DNA of 63,913 nt, counting the filler, from Candidatus Fermentibacterota bacterium (lineage in GTDB: Bacteria; JAFGKV01), in assembly GCA_016928395.1 (NCBI GenBank). It is 7 parts of 7 records of this genome, joined end to end, with 100 filler letters (N's around TTAATTAATTAA, not from the genome) between each part and the next. Parts side by side here need not be neighbours in the genome. Positions count along the whole stretch, not along the records: positions 1 to 23,269 come from JAFGKV010000167.1; positions 23,370 to 30,565 come from JAFGKV010000023.1; positions 30,666 to 36,437 come from JAFGKV010000169.1; 4 more parts are not named here. One strand, given 5' to 3'. The notes under the pieces were generated by a model. It saw nothing but the letters and a program-made list of their open reading frames with translations, had not been told where the DNA came from and searched no databases. Of the stretch, positions 19,799 to 30,980 are shown in pieces; positions within the stretch are counted from its first letter, which is position 1; each line of letters starts with the position of its first letter. Both the position numbers and the translations under genes were made by a program.

Positions 19799-21420
19799 GG
19801 TACAAGCCCTTCCTTGGGTGCAGCAAGATCAATGATGGCGCTGCCATACACGGGGCCGTCGAGTGTGATCTCAGCCGTGGAGACCACCGACACGGTTGTC
19901 AGGTCATGCAGCCCCCGCTGGGGTGATCGGCCCAGAATTCTGGTCATAGAAGGGGGTAGGCGCGTCACCTCGCCCCCCCGACGGCTCCAGCCCCTGTCAT
20001 CGGTCAGGATTCGTAGATAGAAGCGGTCGGGTCTCCGGATGGAGAACAGCACGTCGAGGTAGTGCTCCACGGAGTTTGGCATATAGGACAAGGCTGCGCG
20101 CTCTCGTTCCCACTGTGCCACGGACGCCGCATCCCCCGCCTGAAGCAGAAGCCTGCGTTCGGCGGTGCCGGGAGGAAGGGCCATGTGCACCGTGCGCACC
20201 ACCGGCCCGCCCTCACGCCTGAGAAAACGTACAGTGACAGAGCGTTCCTCGTCCGCGAAACCCCGCCCCCCATTCACGGCGACGCTCTCGAGATAGTACA
20301 CGCCGTGGTCGGGTGGCGCCGAGAAGGAGATGGAGACCGACTCGGGAGCGACCCGGCCCAGAGGGCAGTTCAGCACCCCGTCAATCAGCCGCGCCAGTTC
20401 CTCGGAGAGCTGGGAAAAGGCTCCCGAGCCCGAGGCTGCCCGTTCCACGTCGCGGGAGGACCCATCGGCGAAGCGCACGGTCATGCGGGCCGATGTGGCG
20501 GTCACTCCGGCGCCTCCCCATAGCCCCCCGCAGTTCTGCACGCATACCCGCAGCAGAAGGGGCGTCAGCAGAGGATGGATGGCGAGGCGGAGATTGAGAG
20601 CCGGCGCATTGGGGCGCGGTGGGGCAATAGTCAGGGGCAAGGTCGGCGCCATTCGCCCTACATACCCCAGAACGCCATTGGGGCCATCATAGGTGACGGA
20701 CCCCACCACCGACCCCGCATTGGTCATCTTGAAGGGGAGAGCCCTATTCGCGACGGTGGCGATCACCGACCCCGACGCCAGGGGCAACTCCACCGGGCCG
20801 AATCCGAAGAGCTGATGCCCGAATGCCGCCACCTGGTCGCCTGAACGCCAGGTGACCGTACCGAGGATGGAGAGAGACCAGTCTCCGTCCACCAGAACGG
20901 CGGCGGCCACGTGGCCCGGTTCGAGGCCGGCAGGCGCGTCCCCACGGCTGCCACCGGTGAAACTGATGTCTGCAGGAAGCCCCGTGGACAGCGTCCTTAG
21001 CGCATCGGTCTCGAAACCCAGGGAACTGCCCGTCATGGGAAGGGGGAGACCGCCGGGCGGCACAGTCCACGTTGAGTCGGGCCGGAGCATGGCGGCGATG
21101 GGAGTCACCATCCCCACGGGCTCGGTAACATTGGCGAAAGTAGACGCCAGCGCACCCAGCAACCTGTCTCCGACGTACACCGGGCTCCCGCTCATGCCTG
21201 CGGCCACGCCGGTACTCTCGGCCAGCTCTCCCGTGAGGCGGACGAGAACCCGAGACTCTCCCACAACGCTGCCTCGAAGGGTGCCGATGACCTCAACCCC
21301 GAAGGTGTCAGGGCGGGTACCCTGAAACACGGTTAGCCCCCAACCACGGGCTCCCACCGGCGCCTCATCCACCGGAATCGATGACAGAGCCATCGCCAGA
21401 CAGAGTGTAGAGATAATCAT
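19795..21420 (-). CDS. SpoIVB peptidase S55 domain protein
   Basis: GLTVFQGT, GVAAGMSGSPVY..LLGAL and GTVTW..AFGH motifs. Confidence 0.88.
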   Translation of the reverse strand: MIISTLCLAMALSSIPVDEAPVGARGWGLTVFQGTRPDTFGVEVIGTLRGSVVGESRVLVRLTGELAESTGVAAGMSGSPVYVGDRLLGALASTFANVTEPVGMVTPIAAMLRPDSTWTVPPGGLPLPMTGSSLGFETDALRTLSTGLPADISFTGGSRGDAPAGLEPGHVAAAVLVDGDWSLSILGTVTWRSGDQVAAFGHQLFGFGPVELPLASGSVIATVANRALPFKMTNAGSVVGSVTYDGPNGVLGYVGRMAPTLPLTIAPPRPNAPALNLRLAIHPLLTPLLLRVCVQNCGGLWGGAGVTATSARMTVRFADGSSRDVERAASGSGAFSQLSEELARLIDGVLNCPLGRVAPESVSISFSAPPDHGVYYLESVAVNGGRGFADEERSVTVRFLRREGGPVVRTVHMALPPGTAERRLLLQAGDAASVAQWERERAALSYMPNSVEHYLDVLFSIRRPDRFYLRILTDDRGWSRRGGEVTRLPPSMTRILGRSPQRGLHDLTTVSVVSTAEITLDGPVYGSAIIDLAAPKEGLVP

Positions 21421-21843
21421 GCGGCTCTTATGCTCCGTTCATTGTTGCTCGCGTCGCGAGGAGTTCACTGCGGACAGTGCGACCGTATGAGGAGACCTTT
21501 CCCCTTCGATGGGGAACGACGGGATAAAGGTGATGCCGAGCGTGTCTCGACCAACGCCTTTCCGGATCTGAGGCCCAGATGCAGGCGGTCTGTCCAATTC
21601 CGTGCTCCGCTTTCCCTGTCAGGGCTGTTGACTGCCAAATCAATCGTTCTTCCATCCGACTGGGTTTGATGCTCTCTTCCTGAACCATCAACCGCGCGCA
21701 GCGTTCGACCGGTTCTCTTGCGAATGCCGCCAATATCCCTTCCTTGTGCTGGCCGAGCAAGGCTGCGGCGTGGAGAGCACATTGGCGTAACCCCGCGTGC
21801 GGCGATGGGTGTCCGGGCAATCACACACTACCCAGGTGAATGC

Positions 21844-23269
21844 ATGAACGATTCGGTCCTGCTTGTGAATCCCAGTTTCGACCTGGAGGCCCATTTCGGA
21901 AAGCTGGCCAAGGTCGGGCCGTCGCTGCTGCCCGTGGGGTCCGCGTACCTGGCGTCAATGCTTGAAGCTGCCGGCATGTCCGCGGCCATCTGGGACGGTC
22001 AGGTCGAACCTGCCGGGTTGGCCTCGCTGGAGACCGAATTGAGAACGCTGAAGCCTGCCGTCATAGGCATCACGGTGTACAGCCCGATGCTGGCGCAGAC
22101 ACGGGCAGTGGTGGATCTGGTCCGAAGAGAGCTGCCGAACGCTCGAATCGTCGCCGGCGGCATTCACCCCACCGTACTCCCTGAGGAAATCCTCGACATC
22201 CCCGGGATCGATGTGGTGGTTCGTGGAGAAGCAGAACCGATCATCGTGCAGCTCTGCCAGAACCTGATTCGAGATGTGTCGGTAGAGACGATAGCGGGCA
22301 CCAGCATCAGGAGAGACGGCGCCGTGTCCCATGCGGCGGATATCCCGCTCATCGATTCGCTGGACACGATCCCCCCGCCGGCGCGCCACCTGCTCAAGAA
22401 TGAGCGCTATCGCCCAGCCCCTGAAATCACCCTGGCGAATCCCAAGAAGATCCAGTCACTTATCACGTCCCGGGGGTGCCCTTACCAATGCATCTTCTGT
22501 TCCGCCCGCCTGCTGTCCGGTCGGCGTTACCGCTTTCACAGCCCTGAGCGCATCCTGACCGATGTGGAGGACCTGGTGCGCACCTACGGTGCGGAAGAGG
22601 TGGTGTTTCTTGACGACAACTTCACCGTCAACCGATCGAGGCTGGTTCGCACCTGTGACCTGCTGCGGGAATCCGGCTTGGCGCGCAGGCTCATCTGGGC
22701 GTGCAATGCCCGGGTGGACGAGGTTGACCGGGAAGTGCTTGGCCTCATGCGGGCCTCCGGGTGCCGCCTCATCTCCTTCGGTGTCGAAAGCGGCGTCCCC
22801 CGGATACTTACCCTGATCAAGAAAGGTATCACCGTCGAACAGAGCAGAAACGCAGTGGGGTGGGCCCATGACGCGGGGATCCGTGTGCGTATGACCCTGA
22901 TTCTGGGGCTGCCCACCGAGACGGAAGCGGATACCAAGGCCACCGTGGATTTCGCGAAGTCATTGAGGGCGGATTTCGCAAAATTTAGCCTGGCAACGCC
23001 ATACCCCGGCACCGAGCTGTGCCAGATCGCCGAGGAGATGGGCCTCATGGCAAGCCATGATTGGTCCCGGGCCAGCTCCATGGTGGGATTCTCTTCCTAC
23101 GACCCTCTGTTCGTGCCCGAGGGACGAACGGGCGAGGAGATGAAGCGGTGGCAACGCCGGGCAATGCGTCAGTTCTACCTCCGGCCTCGTCAGATCTGGT
23201 CTATCCTCTCCCAAACCAAAACCACCGCCGACGCCCGCCTCCTCATCCAGGCCGCTTTGGCAGTGCTGC
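21844..23269 (+). CDS. B12-binding radical SAM protein; 3' end cut by contig gap
   Basis: GGIHPT, VRGEAE, TSRGCPYQCIFC, DDNF, GVESG and TPYPGT motifs. Confidence 0.9.
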
Positions 23270-23369
23270 NNNNNNNNNNNNNNNNNNNNNNNNNNNNNNN
23301 NNNNNNNNNNNNNTTAATTAATTAANNNNNNNNNNNNNNNNNNNNNNNNNNNNNNNNNNNNNNNNNNNN
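23270..23369. other. Artificial contig spacer (also at 30566, 36438, 47174, 53723 and 61217)
   Basis: 100-nt block N44-TTAATTAATTAA-N44, with stops in all six frames. Confidence 0.99.
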
Positions 23370-23577
23370 CCCGTTCTGCTGACACTCGGAGGCCTTGTGG
23401 TCCAATGCCCTCTCCGAGAGTCCAATCGAATCGACGGCCCTCGATCACAACGGGACTGTCACGAGTCAAGCCCTGACCCTAGTTGCTCGCGTTTCTATTC
23501 CGATTCGGGTGCAGGGGAGCAGTATGGGGCGAAGGCGGACAGGCCCCGGGAGATGACAGTATGGAGAGGACGTACCC

Positions 23578-23838
23578 ATGAACGGTAACAATCGGTCCGA
23601 CATCGCACCCGGCATGCGGGTGAAGGTGGTCCGGAAAGAGGATCAGCGAAGCGGCGCCCTTACCGAAGGGGTCGTCCGCAATCTGCTTACGAAATCGGCC
23701 TTCCACCCCCACGGCATCAAGGTGCGGCTGGAGAGCGGCACCGTCGGCCGGGTAAAGGTAATTGTGGGCGCCCAGGGGGGAGCCAGCCCCGCGCCATGCA
23801 CGCCTGCACCGAGAAGCGAGGAGCCGTCGTATGAGTGA
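23578..23838 (+). CDS. ywbE: YwbE family protein (DUF2196)
   Basis: KEDQRSGALTEGVV..LLTKS..HPHGIKVRLESG.VGRV. Confidence 0.9.
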   Translation: MNGNNRSDIAPGMRVKVVRKEDQRSGALTEGVVRNLLTKSAFHPHGIKVRLESGTVGRVKVIVGAQGGASPAPCTPAPRSEEPSYE

Positions 23839-25138
23839 GACCACCCTGAAGACCAGCGCAGTCGAGCGCTTTCTCCGCTACGTGACCTTCGATACCCAGT
23901 CTGACGAGAACTCCCCGACCTACCCGAGCACTACTGGGCAACTGGTGCTGCTGGACACGCTGGTGGAGGAGCTGCGCGAGATTGGACTCACGGACGCCGT
24001 CCGAGATGAGCACGGGTATGTGTTCGCCACCGTGCCCGCCACCAGCGCGAAGGCCGGGGTGCCGGTGATCGGTTTTATCGCCCACGTGGATACCTCGCCC
24101 GAGACCAGCGGCGCCAATGTGAAACCCATCATCCATCACCACTGGCAGGGTGAGGACATCCTGCTGCCCGACGATCCGTCGGCAGTACTTTGCACCCGGG
24201 AGATTCCGGCACTGCGCGAACAGACGGGCAACGACATCATCACTGCCTCGGGCGCCACCCTGCTTGGCGCCGATAACAAGGCCGGCGTGGCCGAGATCGT
24301 TGCGGCCGCCGAGTACCTCATGCAGCACCCCGAGGTGCCCCACGGCGCCATCCGCATCGGGTTCACCCCTGACGAGGAAGTCGGCAGAGGGACGAAGTAC
24401 TTCGACGTGGAGAGATTCGGCGCGTGTGCCGCCTACACCATGGACGGCGAGTCGCGCGGGCACCTCGAATGCGAGACTTTCTCGGCTGACGCGATGACCG
24501 TCACCTTCCAGGGGTTCAACACTCACCCGGGGTTCGCCAAGGGGGTTATGGTCAATGCCATAAAGGTGGCCGCCGATTTCGTGAACCGCCTGCCAAGAGA
24601 CCGGCTCTCGCCCGAGACCACCGAGGGCCGCGAAGGCTTCGTACACCCGTACGTGGTCGAGGCTTCGGTGGACAAGACCTCCATCAAGATCCTGATCCGC
24701 GACTTCGCCACGCCTGGGTTGAAGGAGAAAGAGGAACTGATCGAGCGGTTGGCGCAGGAGACCGTTGCCGAATGGGCCGGCGCGTCGGTGACGACCGCAG
24801 TCGATGAGTCGTACCGCAACATGAAGGAAGTGATCGACAGGTATCCCCAGGTAGTCGAGAACGCGCGCGAGGCCATCCGGCGCGCAGGGTTGACCGTGCA
24901 TGAGACTGCCATCCGCGGCGGTACGGACGGCTCCCGGCTCTCCTTCATGGGCCTGCCCACCCCGAACGTGTTCGCCGGCGAGCACGGTGTACACTCGCGT
25001 CTCGAGTGGGTCTCCGCGCAGGACATGGAGAAGGCGGTGGAGGTCATCATCGAGATTGCGAGGGTGTGGGAGGAGAGGGCGCAGGGCTCGGTGCTCGACG
25101 GGGCGGCCGAAGGTGCTAGGGCCGGTCTAGGCACGTAG
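23831..25138 (+). CDS. pepT: Peptidase T (M20B tripeptidase)
   Basis: ERFLRYV, AHVDTS, GADNKAG, TPDEEVG and IRGGTDG motifs. Confidence 0.95.
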   Translation: MSETTLKTSAVERFLRYVTFDTQSDENSPTYPSTTGQLVLLDTLVEELREIGLTDAVRDEHGYVFATVPATSAKAGVPVIGFIAHVDTSPETSGANVKPIIHHHWQGEDILLPDDPSAVLCTREIPALREQTGNDIITASGATLLGADNKAGVAEIVAAAEYLMQHPEVPHGAIRIGFTPDEEVGRGTKYFDVERFGACAAYTMDGESRGHLECETFSADAMTVTFQGFNTHPGFAKGVMVNAIKVAADFVNRLPRDRLSPETTEGREGFVHPYVVEASVDKTSIKILIRDFATPGLKEKEELIERLAQETVAEWAGASVTTAVDESYRNMKEVIDRYPQVVENAREAIRRAGLTVHETAIRGGTDGSRLSFMGLPTPNVFAGEHGVHSRLEWVSAQDMEKAVEVIIEIARVWEERAQGSVLDGAAEGARAGLGT

Positions 25139-25393
25139 GTAAGATGTCAACTTGCGGAGAGTAGGAGAGAGACCAAGGTTAGGCGGCATGCCAGGACAAG
25201 GCCGCAGAGCGGGGACGTAGACGAGAGTAGGGCTCTCTGGTGGAGTGGCTGCACAGGGACGCTGAGAAAGTGCCGTCTGAGTCTGGCCGGCCTGGGGACG
25301 CAGCATACTGTCAAGTTGGTGAGCGGGCGAGCCATCCACAGAACGATTCATGGCCCGGTGAAGCACGATGAAATCATCTCCCGCGTTGACTGA

Positions 25394-25624
25394 CCGCACG
25401 GGCTGCGGACCGGGCGTTTTGACACGCAGGAGCCGACAGAGTTCGCCGCGGTCGAGATCACCGACTCCACGGCCGTGTTCGCCAACCCGGAGCATGACTT
25501 TCCCCAGCGAGTGCTCTATCGGCGCCTCGGGGCCGGCGCGGTGGCCGCCCGCATCGAGGGTGATCGCGGCGGCACGGCGATGGCAGTCGACTTCCCCATG
25601 CGGCGATCCAAGGTCGTCAAGTAG
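25394..25624 (+). pseudogene. C-terminal remnant resembling DUF6265-family proteins
   Basis: Manual translation QEPTEFAAVEITDSTAVFANPEHDFPQRVLYRR...ARIEG...VDFPMRR*; preceded by an in-frame TGA at 25391 and no start codon. Confidence 0.55.
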
Positions 25625-25750
25625 CGGCTGCCGTTCGGGCAGTCCTCGGGTGTGGGGCGAGGATGCCGTGGGTGCCTGCGGAGATGGCGTCTGCACGGTA
25701 TGTTGCGGGCGCCATGAACATGCGAGAGGACACAACACGCGAGGTGTGAT

Positions 25751-26617
25751 ATGGCAGGATCAGCGTGGAAATGGGCGGCCGGTTGCGGGATCGGTTGCCT
25801 GGTCATCATCATAGGTGCGGCCGGGCTAGGGTTCGGCGGGTTTCTCCTGGCCCGGGGAGCCGTGCGCGATGTCAAGGAGATCGCCGACCTCCAGGAGCAG
25901 GTGCAGTCGCAGTTCGGTGCCGTCAAGGACTATGCGCCCCGCTCCGGCGCTCTCCCGCCCACTCGTCTCGACGCGTTTGTCGAGGTCAGGGACGCCATGG
26001 GCGAGGTCATGAAGGGCTGGGCCGGCGCGGATTCCTTGCTTAAGCATGGCACGCGCCCCAAGGGTTTCGTCGAGGGGTTGAAGGCGATCGGCAGTGGCGT
26101 CAAGGCCGTATCCACCATCGGGCGTCTCATCGAGGCTCGTAACCGGGCGCTGCTCAAAGCTGAGATGGGATTCGGTGAGTACTACTTCCTGTATGCAACA
26201 ACCTACTACGCGTGGCTGGGGCACTCACCCTCCGATTGCCCCCGGGGAGTGTCGATTCATGCAGGCGGCGGGAGCCACCGAATGTCGTTTTCTGATGATG
26301 AGGATTCGAGCGACCTCGACCAGGTGTATCGAACTACCTATCAGAGTATGCTGCGCCGCGCCGTCGAGGGCATTCCGTCGGGAGATTCGTGGGCCGAGGC
26401 GCTCCGTGCCGAGCTGGCCGCGCTGGACACCGATGCCCGGCGGCTTCCCTGGGCCGAGGGCCTGCCCGCCATGCTCGTGCAGAGCCTCGAACCATATCGC
26501 CAGAGGCTCGCGCCGCTCTACTGGCCCATGAGCAACTGCCTTGAGCTCACCACGCTCACCACGGATGGCCGAATGCGGGAACGCCTCATGGAGCTGGAGG
26601 AGGATAATGTCATCTAG
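25751..26617 (+). CDS. Hypothetical membrane-anchored protein
   Basis: GAGGTG RBS; N-terminal GCGIGC followed by a TM helix; GMGFGEY-like helical region. Confidence 0.75.
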   Translation: MAGSAWKWAAGCGIGCLVIIIGAAGLGFGGFLLARGAVRDVKEIADLQEQVQSQFGAVKDYAPRSGALPPTRLDAFVEVRDAMGEVMKGWAGADSLLKHGTRPKGFVEGLKAIGSGVKAVSTIGRLIEARNRALLKAEMGFGEYYFLYATTYYAWLGHSPSDCPRGVSIHAGGGSHRMSFSDDEDSSDLDQVYRTTYQSMLRRAVEGIPSGDSWAEALRAELAALDTDARRLPWAEGLPAMLVQSLEPYRQRLAPLYWPMSNCLELTTLTTDGRMRERLMELEEDNVI

Positions 26618-26778
26618 CCCGACAGCCTGCATCGTGCCGGAACGGGCGGTGAAACCGATCGACGGCCCATGCGGCGCGGCATGAGTCGTTTCGGCGATAC
26701 ACTCTCAGATGCCCGGCGAGGATTTTCCGCCGCACTGCGCGGGACATGAGCCGGCTGGCGTCCGCGGAACCGGTGGTG

Positions 26779-28812
26779 TTACCGCGTGTACACGATCAGA
26801 CTCCGGGCCGTGAACCCCTCGCCGAGGAGCCGCACCAGATAGGCGCCCCGAGGGACGGCGCCTCCCGTGGGGCCTGTAGCCCGCCAAGTCCAGGAGCTGA
26901 CTCCCGCGGTCATATATCCCTCCGCGATGACGGATACCAGATTTCCCGCCAGGTCATGGATCGTCACGCGGGCCGGGCCGGCGGTGGGTATGGCGCACGT
27001 GAGGGTCACGGAAGTGCCGAACGGCGTCGGCGCGGCAGACAGCGTAGCCTGGGTCGGCACGGGGAACGATGGATCGCCTGATACGGCACCGCATTGCACG
27101 ACCCAGGCCAGGGAATCGGATAGTTCTCCATCGCTTGCCACCACGCGGATCGTGTCTCTGGCACCCTCGAACGGCGGAGTATAGGAAAAGGTCGAGTCGA
27201 CACAATCCTGGGTCAGGCCGCCATAGGCGGTCCACTCATACGAGAGTGCATCGCCGTTGGGATCCACGGCGGTCACCGAGAACACCAGAACCTCTCCCAT
27301 CGCCAGAGCCGTGTCCAGCGATGAAGGGACATGGGCCGTAATGGCAGGCCAGGCATTGCCGAAACCGAGATCGAAGGTCATCAGGGGCCCGGAGGCGCTG
27401 ATGTTGGTGATCCAGACGCCGCTGGGGCTCCCATACCAGGCGGAGCTTGGGTAGGACACGGGGGTAAACGCCGTCTGACCGGTATCCTCGGCAGCGAAGG
27501 TGGCGCCGATGCGGAACTCGTAGGGATACCACCACTCCGAGAACTCGCTCACGCCATCCCACGGGCGGGCCGGATCATACCCGGCATCCTCCACGATGAC
27601 CTTGTAGTGGGGGTTGCCGGGACCGGCCGAGTTGCTGGATACCGCATTGTCCACGTGGAGGATCAGCAGGCCAGGGTCTTTCTGGTTCTGCCCGGGGGTG
27701 AACCAATCGAAGTAGGCCGAGAAGTCGGAATCGAGATGGTCGAACTTGGCGACTGTCGACGCGGTATTGCGGTTCTCGATCAGGAAGTACTCCTGTGGAC
27801 CCGCGCCGGGGGAGGAGATCTTGTAGACTACCGGATTGGTCTCCACTTCCGGCACAGGAATGCGATGCATGGGGGATGTCAAGACAATGGGTGTCACGAA
27901 TCCGAGCTGGTCCTTGCTCCACGCGCACAGGTGGGAAGGATCTTGCCGGGTTCCGTATGACATGATGTTGTAGCCGCCATAGCCCATGAGGCACCAGTCA
28001 ACCAAAGGGTGATCATTGCGGTCGCCGGGGGTGTAGTAGGTAGTCACGTCGAGCTTGGCGTCGTAGTCGTAGAGATCGGGCAAGCCCAAGACGTGGGACG
28101 CCTCATGGGCGGCGACGCGGATGGTGATGATTGAGCCGTCGGAGTGCTCCTCGGGATTGCAGGAGTACCGATCGATGATGACGCCATCATCCGTGGCATA
28201 GCCGAGCCCCCACACGGCGTATGACCAGATATCGGCGGGATCGTGGGTCTCTTCCTGGCCGGGACCCGCATGGAAGACCCACACGGCATCGGTGTAGCCG
28301 TCGCCGTCACGGTCGTAGCGGGAGAAGTCGATGAAGGGATCGGCAGCGGCGAAGAAGTCGGTGAACCAGAGATCAACGGCATAGTCAGGCTGGGTGAGCC
28401 ACCCGTGGATATCGCCGGTGACGAAGTAGGTGCCGTAGGATACCTCGGTGAAGTAGTCCCGCATGCTGCCGGGGCAGACCTCATCCGTGCTGAACAGCAA
28501 GGTCTCGTATGCCTCAACGGGATGCAGCGACGTGTCGGCAGGATGATTCGCCCACTGGCATAGGAGCACGCAGACGATTCCCGTGTCGCCTCGGGCCTGG
28601 GCAGGAACCTGGGCACGGCGGGAGCGCATCTCCTCGGGGGAGACGCCCAGACGGCCGCTGATCACGTCGTCGGGCATATCGAACACCGTGAAACGAGGGT
28701 TGTCGCGAGGCGGAGTCCATCGGGTGTCGGGGGTAGCCGGCGCAGGCGTGGTGAGGCTGGAGGCCAGGAGGCCGGTCAGAAGGAGCAGGCGAAGAGACGC
28801 ATGTACCAGCAC
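26779..28812 (-). CDS. M6 (immune inhibitor A) metalloprotease with FlgD-Ig-like tail
   Basis: GSMRDYFTEVSYG, AHEASHVLGLPDLYD, WCLMGYG and EYFLIENR; GTG start with GAAAGGA RBS. Confidence 0.9.
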   Translation of the reverse strand: MLVHASLRLLLLTGLLASSLTTPAPATPDTRWTPPRDNPRFTVFDMPDDVISGRLGVSPEEMRSRRAQVPAQARGDTGIVCVLLCQWANHPADTSLHPVEAYETLLFSTDEVCPGSMRDYFTEVSYGTYFVTGDIHGWLTQPDYAVDLWFTDFFAAADPFIDFSRYDRDGDGYTDAVWVFHAGPGQEETHDPADIWSYAVWGLGYATDDGVIIDRYSCNPEEHSDGSIITIRVAAHEASHVLGLPDLYDYDAKLDVTTYYTPGDRNDHPLVDWCLMGYGGYNIMSYGTRQDPSHLCAWSKDQLGFVTPIVLTSPMHRIPVPEVETNPVVYKISSPGAGPQEYFLIENRNTASTVAKFDHLDSDFSAYFDWFTPGQNQKDPGLLILHVDNAVSSNSAGPGNPHYKVIVEDAGYDPARPWDGVSEFSEWWYPYEFRIGATFAAEDTGQTAFTPVSYPSSAWYGSPSGVWITNISASGPLMTFDLGFGNAWPAITAHVPSSLDTALAMGEVLVFSVTAVDPNGDALSYEWTAYGGLTQDCVDSTFSYTPPFEGARDTIRVVASDGELSDSLAWVVQCGAVSGDPSFPVPTQATLSAAPTPFGTSVTLTCAIPTAGPARVTIHDLAGNLVSVIAEGYMTAGVSSWTWRATGPTGGAVPRGAYLVRLLGEGFTARSLIVYTR

Positions 28813-29047
28813 GGGAACGATCCTTTCTGTGGTGACGTGTGCGAGCGCGGCAGTCATCGAGTGATTCCATCCGCATTCGCACCACGAATAGTCACCCGAA
28901 CAGTGCTTCAGCGCAAGAGCTGTGAAGGGCGTCTCAAAAGTGTACCAGCCGGTCACGGCGATTAGCGTACCATTGACAACGGGTCGGCTATGCCGCAACT
29001 CCCGGCGCCTCTCACTCACAATTCCGGTATTTTCACTGGAGGTCACT

Positions 29048-30565
29048 GTGCGACGCTTCGTTTCCGCGATTCTGATGACGGTTCTCATGGCAGCCGCTGG
29101 CAGCGCCCAGGTGAATGGCGTGGTCACCACGGTCGAGGGCAAGGAGGTGCTCACCGTGTGGGGAACCCATCAGGAGCGAGCGCATGCCCATGGCTACCTG
29201 CTGGCACCCAAAGTGAAAGAGATGTTTGAGGACTACATCGTGGGGCGTGTCTGCTACGGGCAAGCCTCGGTATACAACTCACTACGATCCTTTTACCTGA
29301 GTCACTACGCGGTGGATGCGCCCTATGCAGACGAGGCTCAGGCTATGGTAGACGGAATCATGGCTTCGGGATTGGGCCTGCACAGCGCGGTGCTCAATCG
29401 CGACATGGATGCCACGGACCTTCTGGTGTGCAACGCCATCGTCGATCTGAGCCAGAGCTATGCGGGCCTGGCGACCATGGGATTGGGATGTTCCAGCCTC
29501 TCCAGCTGGGGATCCAGCACGGAGTCCGACTCCTCGCTGGGGGGCGCATTGGTCATCACCCGCCTCATGGACTGGGAGAACCACTCGACCCTGGCCCAGA
29601 ATCATCTGATGATCGTGTCGCTGCCCTCCGAGGAAGACGAACAACCCTGGATCTCGTTGACTTTCCCCGCGTTCATCGGAGGGCTGTCGGCCGTTGCCGA
29701 GTCGGGCGTGGCGGCGTTCCTGAATGTCGGCAACAGGTGCAACTACGCGCTGGGCGAACCGTTCCAGCCCATTCTGTTTTCCGTTCGCTCAGGCATCGAG
29801 CGCCGCGACTATGACGGCGACGGAGTGCATACCCACAACGACATTCTGGCGGCCGTTGACGGGCGCAATCGCTCCAGCGGAACCATCATCCACACGGTGG
29901 AGGGATTCGGATCAGCCTCATCACCGGTGATCATCGAGTGCAACAATGAGCGGGGTGTCGTGACGCGGGATGTGACGGTCGACGATGATATCGCCGGAGA
30001 GAATCTGGCTGCTACGAATCACTTTCGCGTCTTGTACGACCCGGTCTACTGCAATCGATACCGCGCAATAGCCGATTCCATGAATGCCAGCACCGCCGTC
30101 TCGGTTGAAAGAAGTTGGGATGTGATGGTACACGCGGGTGCCCAGTCCAACAACCTGCACGTCATCGAGTATGCTCCCACGCTCTCCCTCCTGAAGTGGG
30201 CAACCTCCGCGGTGGGAAGCCCTGCATACTTGCACGAGCCCGCCGCGTTCACCCTTGACCAGCTCTTCGAGCCCCCCGTGGCGGCTGAAACCGGGATCCC
30301 CGCGCGGCTTCGACTCGTGGCGGCGGCTCCGAATCCGTTCGCCACACGAACCTCGGTCGTGTTTTGTCTGCCGGCTGCATCCCAGTGCCGGCTTGCGGTA
30401 TACCGCTTGGATGGGTCGATGCTGTCGGTGCTGCACGATGGGCAGCTGGACGCAGGGTCTCACCGCATCCAGTGGGATGACCCGGGCACTGGCAGTGGAA
30501 CCTTCGTGCTTCGACTGGAGAGCGTGCTGGGCACGGCACACACGCGGGTTGTGCGCGTCAACTAG
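29048..30565 (+). CDS. Ntn-hydrolase of the peptidase C45/acid ceramidase-like family with secretion tail
   Basis: WGT...AHGYLL, GCSSL (nucleophile Cys), RLMDW and TNHF; PNPF..YRLDG..SGTFVLRL tail. Confidence 0.8.
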   Translation: MRRFVSAILMTVLMAAAGSAQVNGVVTTVEGKEVLTVWGTHQERAHAHGYLLAPKVKEMFEDYIVGRVCYGQASVYNSLRSFYLSHYAVDAPYADEAQAMVDGIMASGLGLHSAVLNRDMDATDLLVCNAIVDLSQSYAGLATMGLGCSSLSSWGSSTESDSSLGGALVITRLMDWENHSTLAQNHLMIVSLPSEEDEQPWISLTFPAFIGGLSAVAESGVAAFLNVGNRCNYALGEPFQPILFSVRSGIERRDYDGDGVHTHNDILAAVDGRNRSSGTIIHTVEGFGSASSPVIIECNNERGVVTRDVTVDDDIAGENLAATNHFRVLYDPVYCNRYRAIADSMNASTAVSVERSWDVMVHAGAQSNNLHVIEYAPTLSLLKWATSAVGSPAYLHEPAAFTLDQLFEPPVAAETGIPARLRLVAAAPNPFATRTSVVFCLPAASQCRLAVYRLDGSMLSVLHDGQLDAGSHRIQWDDPGTGSGTFVLRLESVLGTAHTRVVRVN

Positions 30566-30665
30566 NNNNNNNNNNNNNNNNNNNNNNNNNNNNNNNNNNN
30601 NNNNNNNNNTTAATTAATTAANNNNNNNNNNNNNNNNNNNNNNNNNNNNNNNNNNNNNNNNNNNN

Positions 30666-30955
30666 GACGTTCGACGTTCGATGTTCCTCCTTCAACCTTC
30701 AACGCTCAATGTTCGACGTTCTCGCTTCCTCCCTTTCGCAAAAGGGCCGGCTGGGATTCCGCTCGGTTGCTCCGTTCGAGGTTCAATGTTCCCCTCTCCC
30801 TCTCCCTTCGCAAATGTAGGAGCGGTGTCAACCGCGAACCCCCTCTCCAGAAGCGAAGTCGAGGGAAATCCCGTCCTTCGATGTTCGATGTTCGACGTTG
30901 AATGTTCAACGTTCTCGCTTCCTCCCTTTCGCAAAGAGAGTCCGGGTGGGATCTT
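30666..30955. repeat. Composite repeat: (GTTCRAY)n heptamers plus CTCGCTTCCTCCCTTTCGCAAAG unit, with an embedded GTAG REP
   Basis: Two unit copies here and related copies at 31722-31895. Confidence 0.8.
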
Positions 30956-30980
30956 GCTCGGATGCACTCCCATCATCGGG

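Noticed and set aside
25170-25195. GTTAGGC resembling an integron attC core site
   Set aside because: No matching upstream GCCTAAC inverse core or attC hairpin, and no integrase.
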